Source of the DNA: an uncultured Gammaproteobacteria bacterium
Lineage (GTDB): Bacteria > Patescibacteriota > Patescibacteriia > Patescibacteriales > GWC2-42-12
Length of the DNA: 64,000 nucleotides
Direction: 5' to 3'
NCBI GenBank assembly: GCA_964537265.1
Contig: CAZHZE010000002.1
Span: 21,395 to 85,394, forward strand
Part shown: positions 8,854 through 17,539 of the stretch, one piece after another
How the letters are laid out: each line of letters opens with the position of its first letter
How positions within the stretch are numbered: position 1 is the first letter of the stretch
The notes under the pieces: model-generated
The model's input: only the letters and a program-made list of their open reading frames with translations
Databases searched by the model: none
Told to the model about the DNA's origin: nothing
Made by a program: the position numbers and the translations under genes

Positions 8854-8857
8854 CTCT

Positions 8858-9298
8858 ATGTTTTTACCAACTCATTTAGTTGCCGGTATGATTATTGGTA
8901 AAATAACCGGCAATTATAGTATCTCAATTTTAAGCTCTATAGTCATGGATTTAGATCATTTATTTGCTTATTACCGAGCTGGTATTCTTTTTAATTTTAA
9001 AAAGTTATTTAATATGGTTACCAGCAGATCTAACGACGTCATGCCGCAAAGAAATTTTTTTCATAATATATTTTTTTGTTTTTTAGTTTCAATATTGTTT
9101 TTAGCTATAAATTTTTCTGGCGGTTTAATTTTTTTCTTTGCTTATATTTTCCATTTATTTTTAGACTCATTAGATAATTCAAATTATTATCCAATGTATC
9201 CTAATAAAAAGATAAGGCTGCATGGTCCGATAAAATATTTTTCTAAGCAAGAAGTTTTTATTGCGTTTATTTTACTTTTAATTTTTTTTATCATTTAA
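8858..9298 (+). CDS. multi-pass membrane protein, possibly membrane-bound metal-dependent hydrolase (YdjM/DUF457-like)
   Basis: The track start at 8813 overlaps tRNA-Ala, so I trimmed to the first ATG after the tRNA (MFLPTHLVAG..). Hydrophobic with conserved His/Asp (DLDHLF, HLFLD). Confidence 0.55.
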   Translation: MFLPTHLVAGMIIGKITGNYSISILSSIVMDLDHLFAYYRAGILFNFKKLFNMVTSRSNDVMPQRNFFHNIFFCFLVSILFLAINFSGGLIFFFAYIFHLFLDSLDNSNYYPMYPNKKIRLHGPIKYFSKQEVFIAFILLLIFFII

Positions 9299-9301
9299 AA
9301 T

Positions 9302-12109
9302 ATGGTTGCTGGTAAACAAAAATTTATGATAATTGACGGCAACGCGTTGATCCATCGCAGTTTTCACGCTTTGCCGCCCTTAACTACAAAAAATGGAGAA
9401 ATTGTTAATGCGGTTTATGGTTTTACCACCGTTTTAATTAAGGCTTTGCGCGAATTTAGGCCAGAATATGTAGCTTTAACTTTGGATCGAAAAGAAAAAA
9501 CTTTCCGCCATAAACAATTTAAAGATTATAAAGCCACTCGTGTTAAAGCGCCAGATGAATTATATGAGCAAATTCCTAGAGTAAAAGAAATTGCGGAAAA
9601 TTTTAATATTCCGATTTTTGAACTGGCCGGTTTTGAAGCAGATGATTTAATTGGCACCTTGGCTAATAAAGTTGATGGCAAAGTTGAAAAAATAATCGTT
9701 ACCGGTGATATGGATACTATGCAGTTAATTAATGATCATACTAAAGTTTTTACCATGAAACGCGGTTTAACCGATTCTATGATTTATGATGAGAAAGGGG
9801 TTGAAGGAAGATATGGCTTAATACCTGAACAGATGATTGATTTTAAAGCTTTGCGCGGCGATCCATCTGATAATATTCCTGGCGTAAAAGGCATTGGTGA
9901 AAAGACGGCTACCGAACTTTTACAAAATTTTAAAACTCTAGACGGAGTTTATAAAAATATAAAATCTAAAAAAATAAAAGACCGCATTCGTGAATTGCTA
10001 ATACAGCATAAAAATAATGCTTATATGAGCAAAGAATTAGCTACTATAAAATGTGATGTTCCAATTAAATTTGATTTAAACGAGGCTCGTTTCGGGCAAT
10101 TTAATCAAGAAAAATTAGCTAAACTTTTTAATGAATTGGAATTTCGTTCGCTTTTACCAAGGTTGCAGGGGTTAGCGCAAGAGGCTGAAAAAAGATTAAT
10201 AAAAACCGCTGATCATGAACAGATTGATAAATTTAAGAGGAATTTAGAATTATTTAAATATGAGTTAGTTGATAATAATAAAAAATTTGATAATTTTTTA
10301 AAAAAATTGCAGGCACAAAAAGAATTTACTTTTGATACGGAAACAGCTAACTTTAATCCGGTAACAGCTGATTTATTGGGCATAAGTTTTAGTTGGAAAA
10401 CTGGTGAAGCATATTATATTAATTTTCAATTACGAATTAAAAATTACGAATTAAAAAATGCTGATTTGTTCAACTATAAGGAAAAAAAGCATGAAAAAGG
10501 GTTTGATAATGATTGGTTGAGCAAGCTAAAGCCAATTTTTGAAAACGAAAAAATAAAAAAATATGGTCATAACATAAAATTTGATATTGAAGTTATGGCC
10601 AGCCAAGGAATAAATATTAAAGGTGTGGTCGCTGATTCTATGATTGCCTCCTATCTTTTAAATCCCGGCAGCCGTCAGCATAATTTAGACGCGGTTACTT
10701 TTAGTGAATTTAACCATGTTAAAATTTCTAAAGAAGATTTATTGGGCAAAGGCAAAGATAAAATAGTTTTTTCTGAAGTACCGGTTGAAAGACTTTATAA
10801 TTATTCCTGCGAGGACGCTGATTTTACTAATCGCTTGATAAAAAAATTAATACCAGAATTAAAGACGCAGAAATTAATTAAATTATTTGAAGAAATGGAA
10901 ATGCCACTTGTTCTAGTTCTGGCTATTATGGAAATTAACGGCATTAAAATAGATAAAGAATTTTTAAGCGCCATGGGTAAATCGGTCAATAGAAAGATTG
11001 CACAGCTAACAAAAAAAATTCATGATTTAGCCGGCACGGAATTTAACATAAATTCTACCCAGCAATTAAGAGAAATTTTATTTGATAAACTGGCTATACC
11101 GGCTATGGGCATTACTAAAAATAAAACCGGACTTTCTACTGGCGCTGAAGAATTAGCCAAATTAAAAGGCCAGCATCCAATTATTGATTTAATTCAGGAA
11201 TATCGTGAATTAGTTAAATTATCCACGACTTATATTGAGGCTTTGCCCGAATTAATTAATAAAAAAACTGGCCGTTTGCACACCAGTTTTAACCAGACTG
11301 TAACGGCTACCGGACGTTTATCATCAACCGAACCTAATATGCAAAATATACCGATTCGCACTGAGCTAGGTCGGGAAATTCGTAAGTCTTTTATCGCCGA
11401 TAAAGGCTATAAATTATTAAGTTTAGATTATTCCCAAATTGAATTGCGTCTGGCCGCCCATATGTCTGGCGATAAAAAAATGATTAAAGCCTTTAAACAA
11501 GGCGAAGATATTCACACGGCCACAGCCGCGGAAATAAATCGGATTAAATTAGAGGATGTTACTTCGGAAATGCGCCGGGAAGCTAAGGCGGTAAATTTTG
11601 GTATTTTATATGGCCAAGGGCCGCACGGTTTATCACAGGGCGCGGATATTCCCTACGCCAGGGCCAAAGAATTTATTGATAAATATTTTTCTGTTTATAA
11701 AGATGTTAAAAAATTTGTTGATGAAACTATTGAGATGGCCAGAGAAAAAGGCTATACTGAAACTTTATTCGGCCGGCGTAGAATTTTACCGGAAATAAAT
11801 TCCTCGGTGATGCAAGTTAGAAAGGCGGCTGAGCGCATGGCAATTAATACTCCGCTTCAAGGCACGGCCGCGGATATTATCAAAGTGGCCATGGTAGAGG
11901 TTCAAAAAATGATAGATAAAGAATATGGGCAGGATGTAAAAATGCTTTTACAAGTTCATGACGAATTAGTTTTTGAAGCAAAAAAAGGTTTAGCTGAAAA
12001 TGCGGCTGAAAAAATTAAAAATATTATGGAAGAAGTAATAGAATTAAAAGTGCCGATTGTAGTTGATGCTAGTATTGGAGATAATTGGGGGGAGATGAAA
12101 AACCTTTAA
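9302..12109 (+). CDS. polA: DNA polymerase I
   Basis: 935 aa. 5'-nuclease domain (IIDGNALIHRSFHA), 3'-5' exo-like domain, and pol motifs (LLSLDYSQIELR, QVHDELVFE). Confidence 0.96.
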   Translation: MVAGKQKFMIIDGNALIHRSFHALPPLTTKNGEIVNAVYGFTTVLIKALREFRPEYVALTLDRKEKTFRHKQFKDYKATRVKAPDELYEQIPRVKEIAENFNIPIFELAGFEADDLIGTLANKVDGKVEKIIVTGDMDTMQLINDHTKVFTMKRGLTDSMIYDEKGVEGRYGLIPEQMIDFKALRGDPSDNIPGVKGIGEKTATELLQNFKTLDGVYKNIKSKKIKDRIRELLIQHKNNAYMSKELATIKCDVPIKFDLNEARFGQFNQEKLAKLFNELEFRSLLPRLQGLAQEAEKRLIKTADHEQIDKFKRNLELFKYELVDNNKKFDNFLKKLQAQKEFTFDTETANFNPVTADLLGISFSWKTGEAYYINFQLRIKNYELKNADLFNYKEKKHEKGFDNDWLSKLKPIFENEKIKKYGHNIKFDIEVMASQGINIKGVVADSMIASYLLNPGSRQHNLDAVTFSEFNHVKISKEDLLGKGKDKIVFSEVPVERLYNYSCEDADFTNRLIKKLIPELKTQKLIKLFEEMEMPLVLVLAIMEINGIKIDKEFLSAMGKSVNRKIAQLTKKIHDLAGTEFNINSTQQLREILFDKLAIPAMGITKNKTGLSTGAEELAKLKGQHPIIDLIQEYRELVKLSTTYIEALPELINKKTGRLHTSFNQTVTATGRLSSTEPNMQNIPIRTELGREIRKSFIADKGYKLLSLDYSQIELRLAAHMSGDKKMIKAFKQGEDIHTATAAEINRIKLEDVTSEMRREAKAVNFGILYGQGPHGLSQGADIPYARAKEFIDKYFSVYKDVKKFVDETIEMAREKGYTETLFGRRRILPEINSSVMQVRKAAERMAINTPLQGTAADIIKVAMVEVQKMIDKEYGQDVKMLLQVHDELVFEAKKGLAENAAEKIKNIMEEVIELKVPIVVDASIGDNWGEMKNL

Positions 12110-12219
12110 AAACTTTTTTAAAAAAGTTTTTAATATTTTCAAAAAATATAAGGTATTAAATAAAAATTTTATAGCGGGCAAAGCCCTGCGGCTATAAAAT
12201 TTATATTTGATGTAATTTT
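12101..12219 (+). repeat. modular intergenic cassette, copy 4 (overlaps polA stop)
   Basis: AACCTTTAAAAAC contains the last polA codons and the TAA stop. Palindrome at 12108-12131. Hairpin at 12164-12202 with a compensated outer stem (TATAGC/GCTATA). Confidence 0.85.
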
Positions 12220-13500
12220 ATGAATCTAAAGGATTTACAAAACAAAAAAATTGCTATTTTAGGTCTAGGTTTAGAGAATACAGCCTTGGTTAAGTATATA
12301 TTAAAACATAATATTAAATGCGAAATTACTGTTTGTGACAAGCGCACGGAAATAAAAAGTAAGTTGCCGGTTAGTTGGCAATTAGGGAAAAACTATAATA
12401 AAAATTTAGAGAAATTTGATATTCTATTTCGCGCACCAGGTTGGCCGATAAATGAAGTTAAAAGTAAAAAGTTAAAAGTTGAAAGTATAAATTCTCCAAT
12501 GAGATTATTTTTTGATTTATGCCCGACTAAAAATATTATCGGTGTAACCGGAACTAAAGGCAAGGGCACTACTTCTAGTTTGATTTACGAAATTTTAAAA
12601 ATTGCCGGTAAACGAGTTTGGTTGGGCGGGAATATCGGCATAGCGCCATTTAAATTTATAGATAAAATTAAAAAAACCGATTGGGTGGTTTTAGAATTAT
12701 CATCTTTTCAACTTGAAGATATGACCGTTAGTCCGCATATTTCAGTAATTACTAATTTTTATTCTGAACATTTAGCGCCGGCTGATCCTAATAACCCGAA
12801 CTTTCATAAATCACTTAATGATTATAAGAAGGCTAAGATGAATATTATTAAATATCAGGAGAAAGGCAATTGGACGGTATTGAATCATCAATTAAGAACC
12901 ACAAACTACAAATTAAAAAGTAAAAAAATATATTTTAAGAAATCGGAATTACTTTCAAAATTAATTGGTGAACATAATAAAGAAAATATCGGCGCGGCCG
13001 TAGAAGTAGCAAAAATTGTCGGCATTAAATCTGAAATAATAAAAAAAGCCGTAGCTAATTTTAAGGGTTTAGAACATCGTTTAGAATTTGTTAAAGAAGT
13101 TAAAGGTGTAAAATATTATGACGATAGTTTTGCTACTACGCCAGAAGCGGCTATTATTGCGTTAAAATCTTTTAACCAGCCAGTAATTATTTTACTTGGG
13201 GGAGCTGATAAAGGATCTGATTTTAAGAAGTTAGCCAAAGAAGTAAAAAAGCGATGCAAGTTTATAGTTTTGATAAATGGTAAAGCTACGCCGCAGATAA
13301 AAAAACAGCTTTTAAAAGCTGGATATGGAAGAAATAAAATAAAACAAGCGAATAATATTGAAGAGATAGTAAAGATTGCTAGGTCAAAAGCGGCGGCTGG
13401 AGATGTTGTATTATTATCAACGGCTTGCGCTAGCTTCGGTATATTTAAAAATTATAAAGAAAGAGGGAATTTATTTAAAAAACAAGTAAAAAAATTATAA
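12220..13500 (+). CDS. murD: UDP-N-acetylmuramoylalanine--D-glutamate ligase
   Basis: 426 aa. N-terminal Rossmann-like GLGLEN, P-loop GVTGTKGKGTTSS, Mur ligase C-domain. Confidence 0.88.
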   Translation: MNLKDLQNKKIAILGLGLENTALVKYILKHNIKCEITVCDKRTEIKSKLPVSWQLGKNYNKNLEKFDILFRAPGWPINEVKSKKLKVESINSPMRLFFDLCPTKNIIGVTGTKGKGTTSSLIYEILKIAGKRVWLGGNIGIAPFKFIDKIKKTDWVVLELSSFQLEDMTVSPHISVITNFYSEHLAPADPNNPNFHKSLNDYKKAKMNIIKYQEKGNWTVLNHQLRTTNYKLKSKKIYFKKSELLSKLIGEHNKENIGAAVEVAKIVGIKSEIIKKAVANFKGLEHRLEFVKEVKGVKYYDDSFATTPEAAIIALKSFNQPVIILLGGADKGSDFKKLAKEVKKRCKFIVLINGKATPQIKKQLLKAGYGRNKIKQANNIEEIVKIARSKAAAGDVVLLSTACASFGIFKNYKERGNLFKKQVKKL

Positions 13501-13501
13501 T

Positions 13502-13528
13502 AAAACAAAGCCATCACAGCTTTGTTTT
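13502..13528. terminator. bidirectional hairpin terminator between murD and the LysW-like gene
   Basis: AAAACAAAGC-CATCACA-GCTTTGTTTT. Confidence 0.6.
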
Positions 13529-13561
13529 AAAGCATTGAATAAATTAACTAGTTATTAACAT

Positions 13562-13738
13562 TTAATCGTTTTCGCCTTCTTCGTCCTGCTGTTCCTGAAG
13601 CGGATCTAGCTGTAATGGTTGCAGAGTAACGATTTCCAGCTCGGCGCCGCAGTTTAAGCAAGTAACTAAATCTTTTTCCGAAGCTTCTTCTTCAATTATA
13701 ATGTCGCTTAAACAGATCGGGCATTGAGTTGTTTGCAT
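13562..13738 (-). CDS. LysW-like zinc-ribbon small acidic protein (58 aa)
   Basis: Not in the ORF track (<60 aa). Sequence MQTTQCPICLSDIIIEEEASEKDLVTCLNCGAELEIVTLQPLQLDPLQEQQDEEGEND*. CPxC..CxxC ribbon plus acidic tail. Has its own TTGTAA-17-TATTAT promoter. Confidence 0.6.
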   Translation of the reverse strand: MQTTQCPICLSDIIIEEEASEKDLVTCLNCGAELEIVTLQPLQLDPLQEQQDEEGEND

Positions 13739-13777
13739 AGGTTGAACTTGTTTTTTAATAGTTATTAACCTAATATA

Positions 13778-13806
13778 ATAATAGCAAAAAAATAACCATT
13801 TTACAA
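13778..13806 (-). promoter_or_regulatory. sigma70-type promoter (TTGTAA-17-TATTAT) for the LysW-like ORF
   Basis: Read on the minus strand: -35 at 13801-13806, -10 at 13778-13783. Confidence 0.5.
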
Positions 13807-13810
13807 CATT

Positions 13811-14845
13811 ATGATAATTTTTCTTTACGGCCAGGATAGTTTTCGCAGCCGTTTAAAATTAAATGAATTAAAAGAAAAATACCTGCGCGAAGTTGATAAG
13901 TCGGGCAGTGGTTTAGAAATTATTGACGGAATTAAAGCTAATTTTTCTGAAATTACTGCAGCTATTAGCCCTTCTTCATTATTATCAAAAAAGCGTTTAG
14001 TTATTATTGAAAATATTTTTATTAATAAAGATAAAACTATTTTTGAAAAATTATTTGAGTATTTTAATAATAAAAAATTAGCGGACAATATTATTATTTT
14101 TTGGGAAGAAAATATTAAAATTAAAAAAGCTAAAAATGCCCAAACGCCGATGCTTATAGATTCAAGTGGGAAAGAAAAAGCTTTATTAAAAAAGCCGGCG
14201 GAGTTTTTTAAATTTTTAGCCGGTCAAAAATATGCTTATAGTTTTAATGTATTAAGTAACACTGAGGCGGCTATTTGGGTTAAAAAACAAACGGCTTTGC
14301 GTGGCGGAAAAATTGGAGTAAAAGCCGCTGAAATATTAGTTGGCTTAGTCGGTAATGATGGTTGGCAGATCAATAATGAGTTAGATAAACTAATAAGTTA
14401 TAAAATGGCCGGACAGCTAACTAAAGATAGCGCTGAGATAGAAGTCGATGATGTTAAAAAATTAGTAAGAGGAAATTTTAGTGATAACATTTTTGCTTTA
14501 ACCGATGCTTTAAGTTTAAAAAACAAAGTTTTAGCCGCTAGGCTTTTAGATGAGCAGGTTGAAGCTGGCTTAAGCGACGGCTATTTATTAAATATGTTCG
14601 TGAGACAAGTTAAAATTTTATTGCAGATTAAACAAGCGCTTGAATCAGGTTTAAGCCCGCGCCAAATAGCCAGTCATTTAAAAATTCATCCCTTCGTTGC
14701 GCAAAAAGGTATAGAGCAGGCGCGCTATTTCACTTTGCCTGTTTTAAAAAATATTTTAAACAATTTGGTAAAAATTGATTATAATGTTAAATCCGGGAGA
14801 GGCGATTATCTAACTGGCCTAAATATTCTTATCGCTAAATTATAA
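13811..14845 (+). CDS. holA: DNA polymerase III subunit delta
   Basis: 344 aa. N-terminal MIIFLYGQDSFRSR.. and an overall HolA-like layout. Confidence 0.8.
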   Translation: MIIFLYGQDSFRSRLKLNELKEKYLREVDKSGSGLEIIDGIKANFSEITAAISPSSLLSKKRLVIIENIFINKDKTIFEKLFEYFNNKKLADNIIIFWEENIKIKKAKNAQTPMLIDSSGKEKALLKKPAEFFKFLAGQKYAYSFNVLSNTEAAIWVKKQTALRGGKIGVKAAEILVGLVGNDGWQINNELDKLISYKMAGQLTKDSAEIEVDDVKKLVRGNFSDNIFALTDALSLKNKVLAARLLDEQVEAGLSDGYLLNMFVRQVKILLQIKQALESGLSPRQIASHLKIHPFVAQKGIEQARYFTLPVLKNILNNLVKIDYNVKSGRGDYLTGLNILIAKL

Positions 14846-14866
14846 TTTTTGTTTATAAAGCATAAT

Positions 14867-14890
14867 AAAAACCCCTTAGAAGGGGTTTTT
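14867..14890. terminator. bidirectional terminator (holA / rpsT)
   Basis: AAAAACCCCT-TAGA-AGGGGTTTTT. Confidence 0.8.
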
Positions 14891-14905
14891 ATATTTTAAA
14901 TTTAT

Positions 14906-15172
14906 TTATTTTTTTAAAGATTGATTTAATTTTTTATGCAGTCTGGATTTTTTGCGGTTATTGGTGTTCTTTTTTATTATACCTTTACCAGCCGCTTTAT
15001 CTAAAGCACGTAAAGTTTTTTCTACCAATTCTTTAGCCTTAGGATCTTTAGTTTCAATGGCTTTTCGGCATTTTTTAATTAAATCTTTTAAGTTGTCTTG
15101 GGTTTTTTTATTGCGCATTTGGCGTTTTTTTGATTTGCGCAACTCTTTTTTAGCTGATGCTGTATTTGGCAT
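14906..15172 (-). CDS. rpsT: 30S ribosomal protein S20
   Basis: 88 aa, MPNTASAKKELRKSKKRQMRNK... Confidence 0.92.
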   Translation of the reverse strand: MPNTASAKKELRKSKKRQMRNKKTQDNLKDLIKKCRKAIETKDPKAKELVEKTLRALDKAAGKGIIKKNTNNRKKSRLHKKLNQSLKK

Positions 15173-15211
15173 AAATTACTTTAATTAATTAATTTGTGTG
15201 AGAGATTTTAT

Positions 15212-15240
15212 AATACTAACATACCATTTATTATTTTTCA
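15212..15240 (-). promoter_or_regulatory. sigma70-type promoter (TTGAAA-17-TAGTAT) for rpsT
   Basis: Minus-strand reading: -35 at 15235-15240, -10 at 15212-15217. Confidence 0.5.
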
Positions 15241-15354
15241 AGACTTCTTTATGGTTTGGCTAAAACTTAGTTTATTTATAATTTTTAATTAAAAAAGCTC
15301 CCTGTTTATTTTAGGAAGCTTGTGAGGGAGATTTTTAGAGAAGCTTTTTTTAGT

Positions 15355-15747
15355 TTAAATTTTTAACCCGCCAAAGGGGTTATGGGTTAAATTTTGCTCA
15401 GTGCCAAGGCCCACTAATACATCATAAGCGTTGGCTTCGGAAAGATTTTCTTCCATTTTTGAAATGTGGATTTCATGCCCGGTTGAATTTTTCGGCTCAA
15501 CAAGCATATAAGTAATTTTTTTGTCATTGAGCATAAAAAATGTTTTTGTCCCGGTAACGCTTCCATTGCGGCTCAAACTTTCTTCGACAAACCCAGAAAA
15601 TTTTTTGCCATGTTTTTGTCTTATAAAATTTTTTAATTCTGCGGCCGCCCATTCTTTTCTTTTTGAACTATGGGAGTTAAAGATATCTTCTGGCATGATT
15701 ATGTTTCCGACAATATTTCCTTCAGTAAAAATATTAGACATAAACAT
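15355..15747 (-). CDS. hypothetical protein
   Basis: 130-aa ORF. I recognise no motif. A CTCCCT..AGGGAG hairpin plus T-run lies downstream (15290-15329). Confidence 0.6.
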   Translation of the reverse strand: MFMSNIFTEGNIVGNIIMPEDIFNSHSSKRKEWAAAELKNFIRQKHGKKFSGFVEESLSRNGSVTGTKTFFMLNDKKITYMLVEPKNSTGHEIHISKMEENLSEANAYDVLVGLGTEQNLTHNPFGGLKI

Positions 15748-15855
15748 ATCTTCTTTATTGAATTTTTATTGCATTTTTTAATGAACAGTTTATTATATTA
15801 TAGAATAAACAATTTGTCAATAATTATTAAATCTATGAGTTTGCAGTTTTAATTA

Positions 15856-16674
15856 TTAAACTCTATTTTTCTTTAAAATTTTATAAGCTAAGAAACCTAA
15901 GGATAATAAAATTATTGTGAGGCTAATAAATTGCGGGAAGCGTAAACCAGATAAAATTGGCGTGGTGTCGATGCGAATAAATTCTATAAAAAATCTTAAT
16001 AAAGAATATAAAACAGCGTAAATTATTACGCTTAATATATGGTTAAATTCTAAAAATTTTTGTTTTTTTATTAAACAAATTTGCCAGCAGATAAGAATAA
16101 AAAATATTATTAAATTTCCGATTGATTCATATAAAAAAGTCGGATGAAAATAAGTATAATCAAAATATTGCCAAGGCCTATGAATAATATCTATTGGTAT
16201 GCCCCAGGGTAAATTAGTCGGATAGCCAAATAATTCTTGATTAAAATAATTGCCAAATCGACCAAAAGCTTGCCCTAGCGGTAAAACCGTTGCGGTTATA
16301 GCGGCGAGCTGCCAAAAATTATAATTATATTTTTTCGCGTAAAAATAAAGAGCCAGACCGCCGCCGATTAAGGCGCCATGAATAGCCAGACCGCCTTGCC
16401 AAATTTTAAAAATATCTAAAAGATGATTTGAAAAATAAGACCATTCTAAAATAACATCATAAATTCGCGCGCCGATTATACCGCTAATAATCAGCCAAAA
16501 AGCCAGATCAATTATAATGTCTATTTTTAAATTATATAGCTTAGCTAAATACCAGGCCGCAATAATCGCGGCCACTGCACTTAGCAAAATAAAAAAACCA
16601 TACCAATAAATATTAAATCCATTGAATGAAAATAGAATTGGCGAGGGATTGAATGTATGAAAAAAGTTAACCAT
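15856..16674 (-). CDS. lgt: prolipoprotein diacylglyceryl transferase
   Basis: 272 aa, polytopic. Lgt motifs GIIGARIY, HPTFLYESI. Confidence 0.9.
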   Translation of the reverse strand: MVNFFHTFNPSPILFSFNGFNIYWYGFFILLSAVAAIIAAWYLAKLYNLKIDIIIDLAFWLIISGIIGARIYDVILEWSYFSNHLLDIFKIWQGGLAIHGALIGGGLALYFYAKKYNYNFWQLAAITATVLPLGQAFGRFGNYFNQELFGYPTNLPWGIPIDIIHRPWQYFDYTYFHPTFLYESIGNLIIFFILICWQICLIKKQKFLEFNHILSVIIYAVLYSLLRFFIEFIRIDTTPILSGLRFPQFISLTIILLSLGFLAYKILKKNRV

Positions 16675-16688
16675 GTTAATAAATTATT

Positions 16689-16718
16689 GTCATTCCGGCC
16701 TCAGAGCCGGAATCCAGG
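16689..16718 (-). repeat. GC-rich hairpin element (GTCATTCCGG..CCGGAATCCAGG) in the lgt 5' leader
   Basis: 8-bp stem ATTCCGGC/GCCGGAAT. On the lgt strand it reads CCTGGATTCCGGC-loop-GCCGGAATGAC and ends 14 nt before the ATG. Same family as 48414-48443. Confidence 0.7.
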
Positions 16719-17052
16719 ATTCAGTAGAATAAAATTGGTATTATCTATTTTCTAAGTAAACATTCTAATAAGTTTATTATACATTTTATTAATATAGTTA
16801 TTTGTGACGCTTCGCTAGGACTTACTTTTTATGACTAAAAAGTAAGCAAAAAGTCTCGGGGAGTTCCGATTGGCTATCACGTTGATTGTTATTAGTTCTG
16901 TAAGCAATGTCGCCAACTCCACTCCCCGAACCCCTATAGTGATTTTGAAATATTAACTATAATTTTTTAAACCTGGCCCTAAATTTAATAGGCCAGCAGA
17001 TACAATTTTATAATATATTCTTATTTTCCCCCGAAAGTAAAGTTTAGTCAAA

Positions 17053-17084
17053 TAAAAAAGAGGATCTTATAAAAACGATCCTCT
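17053..17084 (-). terminator. intrinsic terminator after the 17108-17386 gene
   Basis: Minus strand: AGAGGATC-loop-GATCCTCT followed by TTTTTTATTT. Confidence 0.75.
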
Positions 17085-17107
17085 GTTTGCCTTAGTTAAA
17101 AGGGAAA

Positions 17108-17386
17108 TTATTCGTTGGGTTGACAGGTTTTTCCGCTATGTTCTTTTAAAAAGTCATCCCAGTTGACTTCTTCCACTTTTACAAATTTTTTGAACAAGAA
17201 CAGTAATAAAGATGTTATAGCTACGAAACTGATTATGGTTTTTTCCACTACCGACGACCAGAATATCCGGTCATCAGGGCTCGCTTGGTTGAAATAAACA
17301 GTTAATAACATGCCAATAATCAATGAACCGCAAGTTATCACGACAAATACATAAAAAAACACCCAAAACTTAGAACTAGTTTTCAT
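17108..17386 (-). CDS. small two-TM membrane protein, unknown function
   Basis: 92 aa starting MKTSSKFWVFFYVFVV... Locally GC-rich (~45% in hand-counted samples). Confidence 0.6.
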   Translation of the reverse strand: MKTSSKFWVFFYVFVVITCGSLIIGMLLTVYFNQASPDDRIFWSSVVEKTIISFVAITSLLLFLFKKFVKVEEVNWDDFLKEHSGKTCQPNE

Positions 17387-17479
17387 TTTTTTACCATCCT
17401 TTCTTTTATTTTTATTTTAATTTTTTTAAAAGGTCATTAATTAATTACATTTTGCCTTAATTTATAATTTTAGTCAATA

Positions 17480-17516
17480 AAAGAAAACCGGTGATCTAAT
17501 GAAGATTGATCACCGG
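17480..17516 (-). terminator. intrinsic terminator after the 17540-17932 gene
   Basis: Minus strand: CCGGTGATC-loop-GATCACCGG followed by TTTTCTTTT. Confidence 0.75.
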
Positions 17517-17539
17517 CCGGATTTTGCCTGGATGCAGGG

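Noticed and set aside
8813-8857. 5' part of the 8813-9298 track ORF (MQRGGLGFESPSVHS)
   Set aside because: It is a translation of the tRNA-Ala 3' half. The gene start was moved to ATG 8858.
16895-16906. TGCTTACAGAAC (minus strand), resembling the type-B RNase P P4 3' strand GGCUUACAGAAC
   Set aside because: There is no matching GAGGAAAGUC 5' strand nearby, and the available non-coding space (~130 nt upstream) is far too short for RNase P RNA.
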